A stretch of 64,000 nucleotides of DNA from a virus. This document shows, one piece after another, positions 29,175 through 39,358 of this stretch. The notes under the pieces were generated by a model that searched no databases, was not told the origin of the DNA, and saw only the letters and a program-made list of their open reading frames with translations. Made by a program: the position numbers and the translations under genes. The stretch is taken from positions 7,600 through 71,599 of IMG/VR virus record IMGVR_UViG_3300022752_004079. The stretch is one strand, 5' to 3'. Position 1 is the first letter of the stretch, and the number at the start of each line of letters is the position of its first letter.

Positions 29175-29506
29175 ATTTCTTCAATCCTTTTTGCTTTATC
29201 ATCTATTACTAAATCAAAATGCGGTTTTTCATCGCCGCATTTTAGTTCGTGAAATTTACAATTCCATTCGTTCAATTGTTTAAGCGTGAATTCTCGATAA
29301 TCAACTCCTGATACTGCTCCGCGTGCCGTCCAATAAATTATTTTCCATCCCGCATCATACATTGCATTGATTTTATCAATATGCTCTTGTATAGGCTGTG
29401 CTAAATCATATCGCCGTATATTGGGATAACAACAAATTGTTTCATCAATATCTACTAATGCAACTTGCTGCGTTTTTGAATATGGGGTTGATTCATAAAA
29501 TTTCAT
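29171..29506 (-). CDS. Minimal HAD phosphatase (capsule-biosynthesis type)
   Basis: DIDET, WTARG, KP..D.VIDDK. Confidence 0.85.
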   Translation of the reverse strand: MKFYESTPYSKTQQVALVDIDETICCYPNIRRYDLAQPIQEHIDKINAMYDAGWKIIYWTARGAVSGVDYREFTLKQLNEWNCKFHELKCGDEKPHFDLVIDDKAKRIEEI

Positions 29507-30432
29507 ACGTATATAACATTTTTTACAAAGTTACCACTTGAAAATGGATCTTTTCTAATTTTACCTTCGTTGATTCCGCCATGGTTTGAACCATACCGTT
29601 TATTTCCTAAAATATATGTTTTTGAAAAACGTGTCGACCATAAGTTCATGCCTGTTTCATTTCCTACATTAACTATTGCTTTTGATTTTAAATACATTTG
29701 TTCTCTAATTGACAACTGCATTGGTTTTACTTCAATAACATTTTCTAGAAAATTCAATGCTGTTTCTTGAATTGGCTGTTCGCCATAATAAAACCAATTT
29801 AATTTTTTATCAACAACATCGATTAAATTTTGTGCTTCTGATGTAGTACCAAATGTTGAAGATACTGAAATGTATCCATATTCTGAACCATTCCATGTAT
29901 TTGCAATTATTTGATTTCCTCGATCGATTTCTTGTTGATCAAAGAATATATCTGGATTACTATCATGCATTTCAGAATTTTTAAATTGCCAAAATGTTAA
30001 CATTTGTTCTACTAATGGAATTTTTGAATTTTCTAAATCATAAATCCTATAATGGTCATGAAATATTTCATCGTTATAGCTATCTACGAATGCGTCTACG
30101 TATGGATTATTTTTAAAGATATCTAAGGTTATGTTGGAACAATCATATACACCATAGCCCCATGTATTTAGCATTTCGCCAAATATGGTACGTAACATTT
30201 GTGCCGATGGGACGTAAACTTTACAATTTGGATATTTTTGTTTCAATAATCTAGGCATAGCAGAAATAACCGCCCAATCGCCAATACCATGACAAGTACG
30301 CATAACAATGAATTCTTGCCGTTGCAAATACTCATCAGGAATTGCATACGCATCGTTTTTATCAAATCCAAGTTTTTTAACTTCGCCTAAAGATGATAGT
30401 TGATTATTATGTATTCTAAAAAAATGTGCCAT
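29503..30432 (-). CDS. GT9-like glycosyltransferase
   Basis: HGIGD, NNPYVD, VGNETG. Confidence 0.65.
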   Translation of the reverse strand: MAHFFRIHNNQLSSLGEVKKLGFDKNDAYAIPDEYLQRQEFIVMRTCHGIGDWAVISAMPRLLKQKYPNCKVYVPSAQMLRTIFGEMLNTWGYGVYDCSNITLDIFKNNPYVDAFVDSYNDEIFHDHYRIYDLENSKIPLVEQMLTFWQFKNSEMHDSNPDIFFDQQEIDRGNQIIANTWNGSEYGYISVSSTFGTTSEAQNLIDVVDKKLNWFYYGEQPIQETALNFLENVIEVKPMQLSIREQMYLKSKAIVNVGNETGMNLWSTRFSKTYILGNKRYGSNHGGINEGKIRKDPFSSGNFVKNVIYV

Positions 30433-31355
30433 TATATTACAATCTCATTAAAGTATCTAACCACCGTTATTTCTTGTGGTTGATTAATTGTTATTGAATT
30501 TTTAAAAAAATATTCTAACATCATTTCTGGAATATTAACACCTGCTAATGTACTAAAAAATAATCCTCCACCGAATCTAGGATTAATTTCTAAGAAAAAA
30601 TAATCATTTGCTTCTTGTTTTAATTGAATACATGCCGGACCAATTATATTTAAATGCATACATATGCGCGCACATTCATTTAAAAGTTTATGATTATTAA
30701 CAATGCGACCTTTAGTTGAAATTCCTGCTTTTGTTTGAATGCGTTCTCTAGCAACGCCAATTATCATATTAGATGATTCATCGCATAGTACATCCACAGA
30801 ATATTCTGGCCCATCAACATAATGTTGTATCATGAACCCTGGATCCAATATCAATGAAAGCGAATTGGCTACAATTTGTATATCTCTACTACCACTGCCT
30901 CGTATAGGTTTAATAATTTTTTTACCAGGATAATCTAATCGCGTCAGAGATGTTAACGGCAATTTGAATTCAGTTTTACATAATGAATAAAATGCATATT
31001 TATCTTGGCAACTATCAATTGTTAACATAGATGAAATTAATATTTTTACGCTAGCTTCGCGAATTTGTTTTTGAAACTTAGAAAACAATGTTACATCTGA
31101 ATCGCCGGTTTGAAATATTACATTGATGTTGTATTGGTTGATTAATTTAAATAAAGATTCTAACCATTGTGTTTCTTGTGTACTATACGGAAGCGTATTC
31201 TGTTGATCAGCTAAAAATAATCCTGCAGCTGTTGGGTCAGCATCAACTGCAATTATTTCAATATCATTTTTAAATTTACTACATCTTAATGATTTTATAA
31301 CACTAATTGCAGCAGGACCACCTGCGTGTGTAACTAATATCCGAAATGATTTCAT
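30432..31355 (-). CDS. ATP-grasp ligase (carbamoyl-phosphate-synthase-like, sugar-cluster type)
   Basis: CQDKY, IKP..GSGSR, GPEYSVD, EINPRFGGG. Confidence 0.85.
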   Translation of the reverse strand: MKSFRILVTHAGGPAAISVIKSLRCSKFKNDIEIIAVDADPTAAGLFLADQQNTLPYSTQETQWLESLFKLINQYNINVIFQTGDSDVTLFSKFQKQIREASVKILISSMLTIDSCQDKYAFYSLCKTEFKLPLTSLTRLDYPGKKIIKPIRGSGSRDIQIVANSLSLILDPGFMIQHYVDGPEYSVDVLCDESSNMIIGVARERIQTKAGISTKGRIVNNHKLLNECARICMHLNIIGPACIQLKQEANDYFFLEINPRFGGGLFFSTLAGVNIPEMMLEYFFKNSITINQPQEITVVRYFNEIVI

Positions 31356-31364
31356 ATATTTCTT

Positions 31365-31393
31365 ATTATATAAAATTTTTAAATAGAATCCAA
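31365..31393 (-). promoter_or_regulatory. Class A promoter-like motif TTGGAT-N17-TATAAT
   Basis: Motif inside sugar island, upstream of ATP-grasp gene. Confidence 0.65.
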
Positions 31394-33583
31394 TTGTTCT
31401 AACAAGTTACTTGGTTTATACACTGCACTATGTTGTTGCATTAAATCTTCTTGATTATATTCATATACACTTTCTAAATCAATTAAACTACATTGTCCAT
31501 TTGCTAACTGAATTATATTTTGTGGAACTAAATCATAATAAATTTTATTGCGTTTCTTACAATTTCTTAATACGCTTTTAATAAAATGAGTTGGTATCTT
31601 ATTAAAATCATAATCATTATCAGCAATAGTTTGACCTTTCTGCATCGTATAACCAATTAATATGTTGCCATCATATATTAAATTTACTAATGCAGGAACT
31701 AATCCATTAAACAATCCAGATTCAATTGCTGATTGAAAATTTTGTAATCTACAATATTCTGGATTGAAAATCTTTATAAATGAATTTGTAGTTTTATCGA
31801 AATATATCGATCGACCATGATTGATACCATCTACTACTCGATGATATTTGTCTTTAATCAATTTAAACTTGTTTAATTGCAAATCAGCCAATTGAATTTT
31901 ATCTACATAAGTAACACCCCATTTATAAAAATCAAAGTTAAATGGATAACCTTTATGACTTTCTAATTCAAAAAACTTTTGAATTGCATTCCAATCTGCA
32001 ATATCCCGACTGCTTTGATTTATATTTTTTCTAGAAAAGTAAAATCTAGGTTCTAAAAATTTATATCCATCAATTTCTATACAATAATTTTTTAAAATAT
32101 CATCATCGCCGTTAGCTCCAAACATTTTAAATTTATTATAATTCTCTGGAAATACTTCTACACCTGCAGGAAATGTAATATTCTTTAATCGCAGTTTAGA
32201 TGAAATAATAATATCTAAATCATCATTGTCTCTAATATCCATTATGCTTAATATAGAACTTTGTGTTAAACAATATTCTTTTTTATCTATTCCTAGATCA
32301 TCCAATTGTTTCAAAAGTTTAATTTTCGATGTTATTGGTTTAACACGATGCACGCCATCAAGTTTTGTAGGCGTGTCATATATTTTTTTAGTTTCAATAT
32401 AAAATGGAATATATTTTTCTCCTCGAACAAGTCGACCAATCATAGCATATGCTCTATGATAACTATGTTTAATAAATCCATTATCAAAATCTACTGGCGT
32501 TGTTTGTAGGTATGCTTCAATTTCATCATCAGACATTGGTTCTAAAGATTCATAATATTCCAAAGTCATCTTATCCCATCCTAAATCATGATGATTTGCA
32601 ACATTCTTTCGAAATCCAGCAATCATACAATTATAATATTGCCAATTATCAGGTTTTAATTCGGGGGCTGCTGCTGTTTTCCAATATTCGACAATCTCAC
32701 GGACTGTTTTCAATTTTCCATTTAAATTTAATATTTGTTTGCTAATGCCGCCATTAGCTACTTCCATATTTAAAAAATAATCCAAACTAATAGGACTAAA
32801 TTTAGGAATTTGATTTGATATCGGATACAATTCATTATAAGTTCGTTCCAGCCAATATGCTACGTGTCTAGGATTTTGAGGAATTGCATTGAAATGATAT
32901 ATCCACCCTGCATTAACAAAATGTAATTCATCGGTAAACCAAGAATGTCCTGGAATATGTAATAAATTCTTTCGAAACAAATCTTGCAAATTATAACACT
33001 CTGGCAGATAATTAACATCTACATCGAATAATTGTGTTAAGTAATTGATTATGGTTTGATCTGTTCCTGCTTTGATTTGAGCATCCCATTGATTTATAGT
33101 ATCAATATTTGTCAAATAAAAATTTTTAACTTTATCGTAAAATGGTTTATGCGCTTTATTGGTAATTTGAAATCCACCATTAAAATAATTCCATGTTTTA
33201 ATTTTAGGTTGATTTGGAAATAATGCATCGCCCCAACGTTGTATACTTCTAGTTGTCCATTCATAACAACCGTTATTAACTACAACACTAAACTTGCCAT
33301 TTGTTTCTAAAAAGAAATTTGGAGTATCCGGATGTATAATAGTATCAGCATCAACAATTAATACCTGATCATAATCAATTCCATTATGTTCTAATATATC
33401 ATGTACCCAATATCTTTGCAAAGTAACTTTTAAATGATTTGGATCGGTGATTACATCTTTCCATTCAACTAGTTGAACATTATTTTTATCACACCAATTC
33501 TGCCAACTTTTAATTGAATAATGATATGGTTGATTTCTTCCATTTCCTAAATCAACATTAGGTATAAAAACTATATTTTTCAT
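31379..33583 (-). CDS. Multi-domain protein: GT-A glycosyltransferase + unknown + NTase-like + kinase-like
   Basis: VDADT, YFNGGF, DQT.IN; SSILS..DIRDNDDLDII; YYDLVPQNII...IDLES. Confidence 0.6.
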   Translation of the reverse strand: MKNIVFIPNVDLGNGRNQPYHYSIKSWQNWCDKNNVQLVEWKDVITDPNHLKVTLQRYWVHDILEHNGIDYDQVLIVDADTIIHPDTPNFFLETNGKFSVVVNNGCYEWTTRSIQRWGDALFPNQPKIKTWNYFNGGFQITNKAHKPFYDKVKNFYLTNIDTINQWDAQIKAGTDQTIINYLTQLFDVDVNYLPECYNLQDLFRKNLLHIPGHSWFTDELHFVNAGWIYHFNAIPQNPRHVAYWLERTYNELYPISNQIPKFSPISLDYFLNMEVANGGISKQILNLNGKLKTVREIVEYWKTAAAPELKPDNWQYYNCMIAGFRKNVANHHDLGWDKMTLEYYESLEPMSDDEIEAYLQTTPVDFDNGFIKHSYHRAYAMIGRLVRGEKYIPFYIETKKIYDTPTKLDGVHRVKPITSKIKLLKQLDDLGIDKKEYCLTQSSILSIMDIRDNDDLDIIISSKLRLKNITFPAGVEVFPENYNKFKMFGANGDDDILKNYCIEIDGYKFLEPRFYFSRKNINQSSRDIADWNAIQKFFELESHKGYPFNFDFYKWGVTYVDKIQLADLQLNKFKLIKDKYHRVVDGINHGRSIYFDKTTNSFIKIFNPEYCRLQNFQSAIESGLFNGLVPALVNLIYDGNILIGYTMQKGQTIADNDYDFNKIPTHFIKSVLRNCKKRNKIYYDLVPQNIIQLANGQCSLIDLESVYEYNQEDLMQQHSAVYKPSNLLEQLDSI

Positions 33584-34317
33584 GAATTTTGTTTTACTCC
33601 ATCAAATTCAGATATAATTACTTCATCTGGTATATAACATTTTAATTCTGCAAATCGAGCCATACCATTGTCAAAATCATAATAGCCTTCATAACAATTT
33701 GGTTTTCTTTTATCTCGAATTGGAATATGATGTTTACATTGATCAATATTCAATATAAATTCTTCTAAACGATCTTGATACCAACCAGTTTTATAAACTG
33801 CATCGGTACTTAATCTTTTATGAGGAGCATGTTTACCTAAATAAAAATATCCGTATTTCAATTTTTGATAACCTGGCGATGTTGTATGATTATATGGAGT
33901 ATATCCATTTACATATTCGGACCGCAGATATTTTTCTAATTTAGTTAACAATAAATAATCATAATCTAATTCAATAAATTCATTGATACGATTATATACA
34001 TTTTGTTTAGATACATGTATTTGTGTATCTTCACATAAAAAGATTGTATATGGTGTTGTTATTTGTTTTGCTAATGCTAATGTAACCGGTGCCCATTCTT
34101 CACTTAAATCATTATAGAAATTCAATTTAGGTATGTATTGTTTGTATAATGAATGTATTTCATCTAAATTTTTTGTAGTATTATAATTCACAAAAAATTC
34201 TACATCGCTAAATACATTGCCAATTATCGGAAGCTGTTCTTTCAATATTTGCAATCGCTCTGGCTTTGTGCAAATAAAATTTTGGACTATTGATATCATT
34301 GATAAATTCCTTGCCAA
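33580..34317 (-). CDS. Putative GT-A fold glycosyltransferase
   Basis: TPYTIFLCED motif; cluster context. Confidence 0.5.
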   Translation of the reverse strand: MARNLSMISIVQNFICTKPERLQILKEQLPIIGNVFSDVEFFVNYNTTKNLDEIHSLYKQYIPKLNFYNDLSEEWAPVTLALAKQITTPYTIFLCEDTQIHVSKQNVYNRINEFIELDYDYLLLTKLEKYLRSEYVNGYTPYNHTTSPGYQKLKYGYFYLGKHAPHKRLSTDAVYKTGWYQDRLEEFILNIDQCKHHIPIRDKRKPNCYEGYYDFDNGMARFAELKCYIPDEVIISEFDGVKQNS

Positions 34318-35267
34318 AATTCAATCATTTCATCCATCATACTTTCAAACGTATATGTTGGTTGCCATCCTAATTTTGTACGTATCTTTGTTGAATCTCC
34401 TTTAAGATATGGTAATTCTTCTGGTCGTAAGAATTTTTGATTTTGCACTACATATTGTTTATAATCTAATCCTAACTTACCAAATACATACTCACACATA
34501 TCTCGTACCGATCTTGTTTCTCCCGTTGCAACTACCCAATCCCCTGGTTTATCTTGTTGCAAAATTAAATACATTGCCCGAACATAATCATATGAATGTC
34601 CCCAATCGCGATATGCATCCATATTTCCCAATTCTAATGTGTCTTGCAAACCTAAACTAATTCTTACGGCAGCTTTTACTACTTTATTAGTAACAAAGTT
34701 AGATCCGCGTCTAGGTGATTCATGATTAAACAAGATACCATTAGATGCATGCAACTTATATGCATTTCTATAATTATGAACTATGTTAAATGCAAACACT
34801 TTGCTACAACCATATGGAGATACTGGATGCATTGGTGTTGATTCTCGTTGAAATCCATCTGCATCTACCGAACTACCAAACATTTCAGATGATGATGCCT
34901 GATAAAACTTTGCCGTTGGACATGCATTTCTGTATGCTTCTAAAATGTTTAATACTCCCAATGAATTTGTTTGTACTGTAAATTGTGGAATATCAAAACT
35001 AATTCTAACATGGCTTTGTGCTGCTAGATTATAAATTTCATCTGGTTGTATTTTTGCTAATAAATGTTCTAAACTACTTTGATCTAACAAATCACCATAA
35101 TATGTATAAATTGTATTATCTAGATGAGTAATTCTAGATTCTTGATGTTCTGGAGTAGAATTTCTTCGTACAATGCCATGTATTTCATATCCTAAATCAT
35201 GTAAATATTCTGCTAGATATGAACCATCTTGTCCCGCTATACCTGTAATAAACGCTTTCTTTTTCAT
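34296..35267 (-). CDS. gmd: GDP-mannose 4,6-dehydratase
   Basis: ITGIAGQDGSYLAE, YNLAAQSHV, YQASSSE, SPYG.SK, FNHESPRRG, RDWGH. Confidence 0.96.
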   Translation of the reverse strand: MKKKAFITGIAGQDGSYLAEYLHDLGYEIHGIVRRNSTPEHQESRITHLDNTIYTYYGDLLDQSSLEHLLAKIQPDEIYNLAAQSHVRISFDIPQFTVQTNSLGVLNILEAYRNACPTAKFYQASSSEMFGSSVDADGFQRESTPMHPVSPYGCSKVFAFNIVHNYRNAYKLHASNGILFNHESPRRGSNFVTNKVVKAAVRISLGLQDTLELGNMDAYRDWGHSYDYVRAMYLILQQDKPGDWVVATGETRSVRDMCEYVFGKLGLDYKQYVVQNQKFLRPEELPYLKGDSTKIRTKLGWQPTYTFESMMDEMIEFWQGIYQ

Positions 35268-35851
35268 TTAAAAATTTCCATTTTTGTTAAATCCGGCCAA
35301 TCTTTTGTTGTCCATTGTTTTGGTTGAGTTGCAATTGCCGTATCCAATTTATCTAAACCCAATTGTGCAGTTTCGGGAGTCATGTAATAATGATATCCAT
35401 ATGTTTCGATATTTTGTTCTCGCCACGGTATATTAGGTAATCGACCATCATATGACATCTTTTTTAATTGTATAGCAGCATGTTCGTTATCTAACAATAT
35501 CATACCACCCCTACCTAAACTTAAATGCTTTTGATATTGAAATGACAAATTCATATATGTGCCCGGAACATAACTATTTGATTTCCACAATACTGCAGCA
35601 TCAATTACATTTTCTGTTAGATAATAATAATCAATCCAATCCTCATTCTTCCACAGCAAATCAATACACAATTTGTTTGCTAAGAATGGAATTGAAAGAT
35701 ATGTATTTTTTGGAACACTAATATAATCTGCATATGTATATCTTAAACATAGTTCAACTCCGTGCGTACAGCTATCAACGGCAATTGCATATGGTGAACC
35801 AAAAAACTTAGCAATTTGATTTTCAAATTCTGTAACCGTGTTAAAATTCAT
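35264..35851 (-). CDS. Short DegT/DnrJ/EryC1-family aminotransferase-like protein
   Basis: FE..IA.F.G.PYAIAVDSCT, DAA, SFQYQKHL..GRGG (PLP Lys). Confidence 0.8.
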   Translation of the reverse strand: MNFNTVTEFENQIAKFFGSPYAIAVDSCTHGVELCLRYTYADYISVPKNTYLSIPFLANKLCIDLLWKNEDWIDYYYLTENVIDAAVLWKSNSYVPGTYMNLSFQYQKHLSLGRGGMILLDNEHAAIQLKKMSYDGRLPNIPWREQNIETYGYHYYMTPETAQLGLDKLDTAIATQPKQWTTKDWPDLTKMEIFK

Positions 35852-36390
35852 TTAGTTGCCTCTATATTCAAACTAAGTAATAATCCATTTTCTTTATCCA
35901 TATGCGGATAATATGCTTGAGAATGATCATCATAATGTGCATGGTCCGTCTCTTTCCAATTATAATGAATTATATTGTAAAATCCTAATGTTTCTAACAA
36001 TTCTTTTAAAGATTTAAAATCATATACGGTTTTATGATAAATTGTTTGATCACCCATTGGCATTCGTCCAAATAATGGACCTAATATATTATTTAAATCT
36101 TTTGTATCTTGATATACCCACATTAGTTTTAAAAAATCAGGTACTGCAATTCGCAACACGCCGGCCGGGCGTAAAACTCGATGCCATTCTGCTAAAACTG
36201 TTTTAATTTCATTTCTATCAAAATATTCAATAACATGAGATGCATAAATTACATCTACCATGTCATTTTGATATGGTAAATTAGTAATATCATTGAATTT
36301 TAAATGTGGATAATCGCCACCATCAACATGTATCCAATCTGGACCAAAATTCCGCCATCCACAGCCTAAATGTAATTTAATTGTTTGCAT
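35848..36390 (-). CDS. SAM-dependent methyltransferase (type 11)
   Basis: LHLGCG, IYASHVIEY, EW.RVL.P.G.LRIAVPD. Confidence 0.85.
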   Translation of the reverse strand: MQTIKLHLGCGWRNFGPDWIHVDGGDYPHLKFNDITNLPYQNDMVDVIYASHVIEYFDRNEIKTVLAEWHRVLRPAGVLRIAVPDFLKLMWVYQDTKDLNNILGPLFGRMPMGDQTIYHKTVYDFKSLKELLETLGFYNIIHYNWKETDHAHYDDHSQAYYPHMDKENGLLLSLNIEATK

Positions 36391-36398
36391 AAAATTAA

Positions 36399-37019
36399 CT
36401 ATAACGTTTTATTTTTTAGTAAAATATCATGATTATCATAATGTATTGTTTCAAAATTAGTTAATAAACTTAGAATGTCTGATTGATATATTTGTCCTTC
36501 CCACAATTCGCGATTTATACATTCTAATTGTATGTATTTTACATGATTATTTAATGTATTTATTCCGCCATTTATTAATTTTTTTTCTCCACCATTTACA
36601 TCTGACCATATAAAATCTATAACATGCCCCAATAAATGATTTGAATACCAATTATCTAATGTAGTACATGGCACTGATATTGCTTCAAATGTTACTCCAC
36701 TATGTACTCGTAAATGCCCTGTCGGTTTTTGCAATGTTCCTGATTTAAATTGATTTGATCTATTAAACGATACAAATCCAATTTCATCACTGAGTGCAGT
36801 TTCAACTAAATTTATATTACATGTAGTATTTGTAAAATTATCAACATATACATATTGTTTAAATCGATTACACACTTCAGGATCAGCTTCAAATGAGTAT
36901 ATTGTTGAATTTGGGATATTATTTGCCATAATAACACTATCTTTGCCAATATGACATCCGATATCTAAAATAATTGGATTGTTTGATGTAATTAAACTTT
37001 TAACTTCATGCGATTTCAT
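36399..37019 (-). CDS. FkbM-family methyltransferase
   Basis: ILDIGCHIG, SFEADP, TTLD.W, IDFIW.DV.G.E. Confidence 0.85.
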   Translation of the reverse strand: MKSHEVKSLITSNNPIILDIGCHIGKDSVIMANNIPNSTIYSFEADPEVCNRFKQYVYVDNFTNTTCNINLVETALSDEIGFVSFNRSNQFKSGTLQKPTGHLRVHSGVTFEAISVPCTTLDNWYSNHLLGHVIDFIWSDVNGGEKKLINGGINTLNNHVKYIQLECINRELWEGQIYQSDILSLLTNFETIHYDNHDILLKNKTL

Positions 37020-37035
37020 ATTTGTCCTTATATTT

Positions 37036-37446
37036 TTATAAAATAAATTGTTTATCTAATTTTTGTCCTTCATATGGACCTGTTTTATATTCGTATACTA
37101 ACGTGTCATCTTCTAATATTTCATATGTATGTCCGCCTTGCAAAGTAAATGATGCATCTCCAGGATATAATGTTGGCGTTGCAATAATTGTATCATCAAT
37201 ATCATATAATATGCATCGTACACTACCTTGAATTACAATCCAACTTTCTTGTGCGATAACATTTCTGGTACGTTCTTTCCATATATGTTTATGCGGCTGA
37301 AATGTTTTTCCATTTGGCATATTAAGTAAAGCACATTGAATAAAATTTGATTCTGGCACAACTTCCGTTCTACCTGGCTTTAAATCAGTTTTACGTACAA
37401 TAATATGTAATAAATCAGAATTAACTTTGCTATAAATTGTTTCCAT
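37036..37446 (-). CDS. Cupin-fold protein (WbuC-like)
   Basis: PHKH...QESW...GGH..E...EYKTGPY. Confidence 0.75.
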   Translation of the reverse strand: METIYSKVNSDLLHIIVRKTDLKPGRTEVVPESNFIQCALLNMPNGKTFQPHKHIWKERTRNVIAQESWIVIQGSVRCILYDIDDTIIATPTLYPGDASFTLQGGHTYEILEDDTLVYEYKTGPYEGQKLDKQFIL

Positions 37447-38075
37447 TATAATGTATCGTAATATGCGTTTTGTTTTTCTTGTCGAGCAATAGTCTTTGGA
37501 TGATAAAGTGCAAATTGTTTTGCGTCTGGCATCGTTGTGTAAGTTTTAAAACCAGCTAAACGTTCATGCACTTTGTTTATCCACGTAATTTCAGCATTGT
37601 TTTTCCATATACGCCATTGATAATCAGGCCAATTGACCCAACCTTCATTGTTTACGTTCCATCTCCATTTAGCAACATGCTCGGCCGTTAAACCTTCTAC
37701 TGTATTTATGCGCGGCACTAAAAAAACATCAATCTCATTGTTTTCTTCTAGCATTGCAGGTAAAATATCAATTAAATTTTCATCTGGAATTTCATCCGCA
37801 TCAATTTGAAAAATGTAATCGCCTTTGCAAAAACTAGTTAATTTGTTTTTCCAATTGGCAAAATGTCCTTGAAATTCTGCAGGCCAAACTACCATATGAT
37901 CCATGTTATGACTTTCAAAAAGTCGTAACGTTGATATCAATTCAGAATCAGCTTTTGTAGTATCCAGTAGTACTACAATTTCATCTTGTTGCCGTTTATG
38001 TTTCAATAAAAAATTTAACAGTCGCTGAATTTCTATAAACTCATTGCAAACCGTGACGGCATAACTTATTTTCAT
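37446..38075 (-). CDS. GT2-family glycosyltransferase
   Basis: ISYAVTVCNE, FQIDADE, WPDYQ.RI, VHE. Confidence 0.85.
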   Translation of the reverse strand: MKISYAVTVCNEFIEIQRLLNFLLKHKRQQDEIVVLLDTTKADSELISTLRLFESHNMDHMVVWPAEFQGHFANWKNKLTSFCKGDYIFQIDADEIPDENLIDILPAMLEENNEIDVFLVPRINTVEGLTAEHVAKWRWNVNNEGWVNWPDYQWRIWKNNAEITWINKVHERLAGFKTYTTMPDAKQFALYHPKTIARQEKQNAYYDTL

Positions 38076-39358
38076 GCCTCAATCTTTTTTAAATTGGGTA
38101 ATGTAATAGTGGGTTTAGTTTCGCTATCAATTTTTTTCAATTTTGGTAAATTTAAAGTTACATGCTGCGGCGACGATTGAATTGAATTATCAATAATATT
38201 TAATACTTTTTTATATACTGCGGTTACTGCAGTTTTTGTAAATGTTAAATTGACATAATATCGTTGACGTTTTGCTAATTCTTTCCATTTTTTATAATTC
38301 TTTTGAACTTCTTTCATCATTTTACCAGCATATCCATAATCTACAGTAAACCATTTTGCTCCTTTAATTAAAAATTCATTTCTAGCAGACCCATGGATAT
38401 CTGTTAATACTCCTGAAAGCGGGCAAATAAATTCTTTTTTAAGAAAATCTGCTTGTCCAGAATAATGTGGAGCAATAATTGGTTTACCTGTAGTAGAAAA
38501 TTCTAATAATGGTCTTCCAAATCCTTCTGCCTTGGTAAACGATATCATAGCTTTAACTTTTGGATGATTGTAAAGCATATTCATTTCTTCATCTGCCAAA
38601 TCGCCATGTAACAAATATACATTAGGTAATTTTGCATTACCAAACATATCTTGTATTTGTGTGATTTTATTTTCAATCTCCATTCGATCCATTACGGAAT
38701 ATGTTGCACCACTTGATTTCAATATGAGAGCAGGTGCATCTTTTTGATTCTTATATGTATTGAAAAAGCAATGAAGCAAGCCGCTAATGTTTTTACGATC
38801 TTCTCCAACTTGTCCTTGCAGCCAATGGCCAACTGATAAAAATGCAAATGTTTCTGGAATTTGTTCTAGAATTTCTAATTGCAATTGTACATTGTTTGTA
38901 TAAATCGTTTCATCAAAATATTCCGGAATAACTTCAATACGCGTTGTTATTGGTTTATTGTGTTTTTGTGATGTATTAACAAATACTTGTTTGGTAAATT
39001 CACTTGGAACAATAACTAGTTGCATTGCATTCAAATTATCAATCCAAGCTTCTGGACATATGTCTCCTTCCGTTCCTGCAGTAACTCCAACATTAAATTT
39101 ACCAATTGCTTGTAATTCATTTGGAACTGTAATTTGTACCCAAATATCTGGCTGATATTGTAATGGCAATGGAATCAATCGTTTTTGCCAATCAATTGAT
39201 AGTGGATAGGTAAATGGAGTATGGCCCCATGGCATTGAAACTAATTTAATGTCCCAATCGGAGTTTCGTTGTTCTATAAAATTTGCAATAATCTCTCGTG
39301 CATGATGTCCATACCCGGATTGTGTTGCTAAAGGTGATGAAATAACTACTGTTCGCAT
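38072..39358 (-). CDS. GT4-like glycosyltransferase
   Basis: SGYG, DRKN, EGFGRPLLE....GKP. Confidence 0.85.
   Translation of the reverse strand: MRTVVISSPLATQSGYGHHAREIIANFIEQRNSDWDIKLVSMPWGHTPFTYPLSIDWQKRLIPLPLQYQPDIWVQITVPNELQAIGKFNVGVTAGTEGDICPEAWIDNLNAMQLVIVPSEFTKQVFVNTSQKHNKPITTRIEVIPEYFDETIYTNNVQLQLEILEQIPETFAFLSVGHWLQGQVGEDRKNISGLLHCFFNTYKNQKDAPALILKSSGATYSVMDRMEIENKITQIQDMFGNAKLPNVYLLHGDLADEEMNMLYNHPKVKAMISFTKAEGFGRPLLEFSTTGKPIIAPHYSGQADFLKKEFICPLSGVLTDIHGSARNEFLIKGAKWFTVDYGYAGKMMKEVQKNYKKWKELAKRQRYYVNLTFTKTAVTAVYKKVLNIIDNSIQSSPQHVTLNLPKLKKIDSETKPTITLPNLKKIEA

Noticed and set aside
35264-35851. Aminotransferase as pseudogene
   Set aside because: Short, but coupled at both ends and retains the PLP Asp/Lys motifs; no frameshifted remainder is visible.
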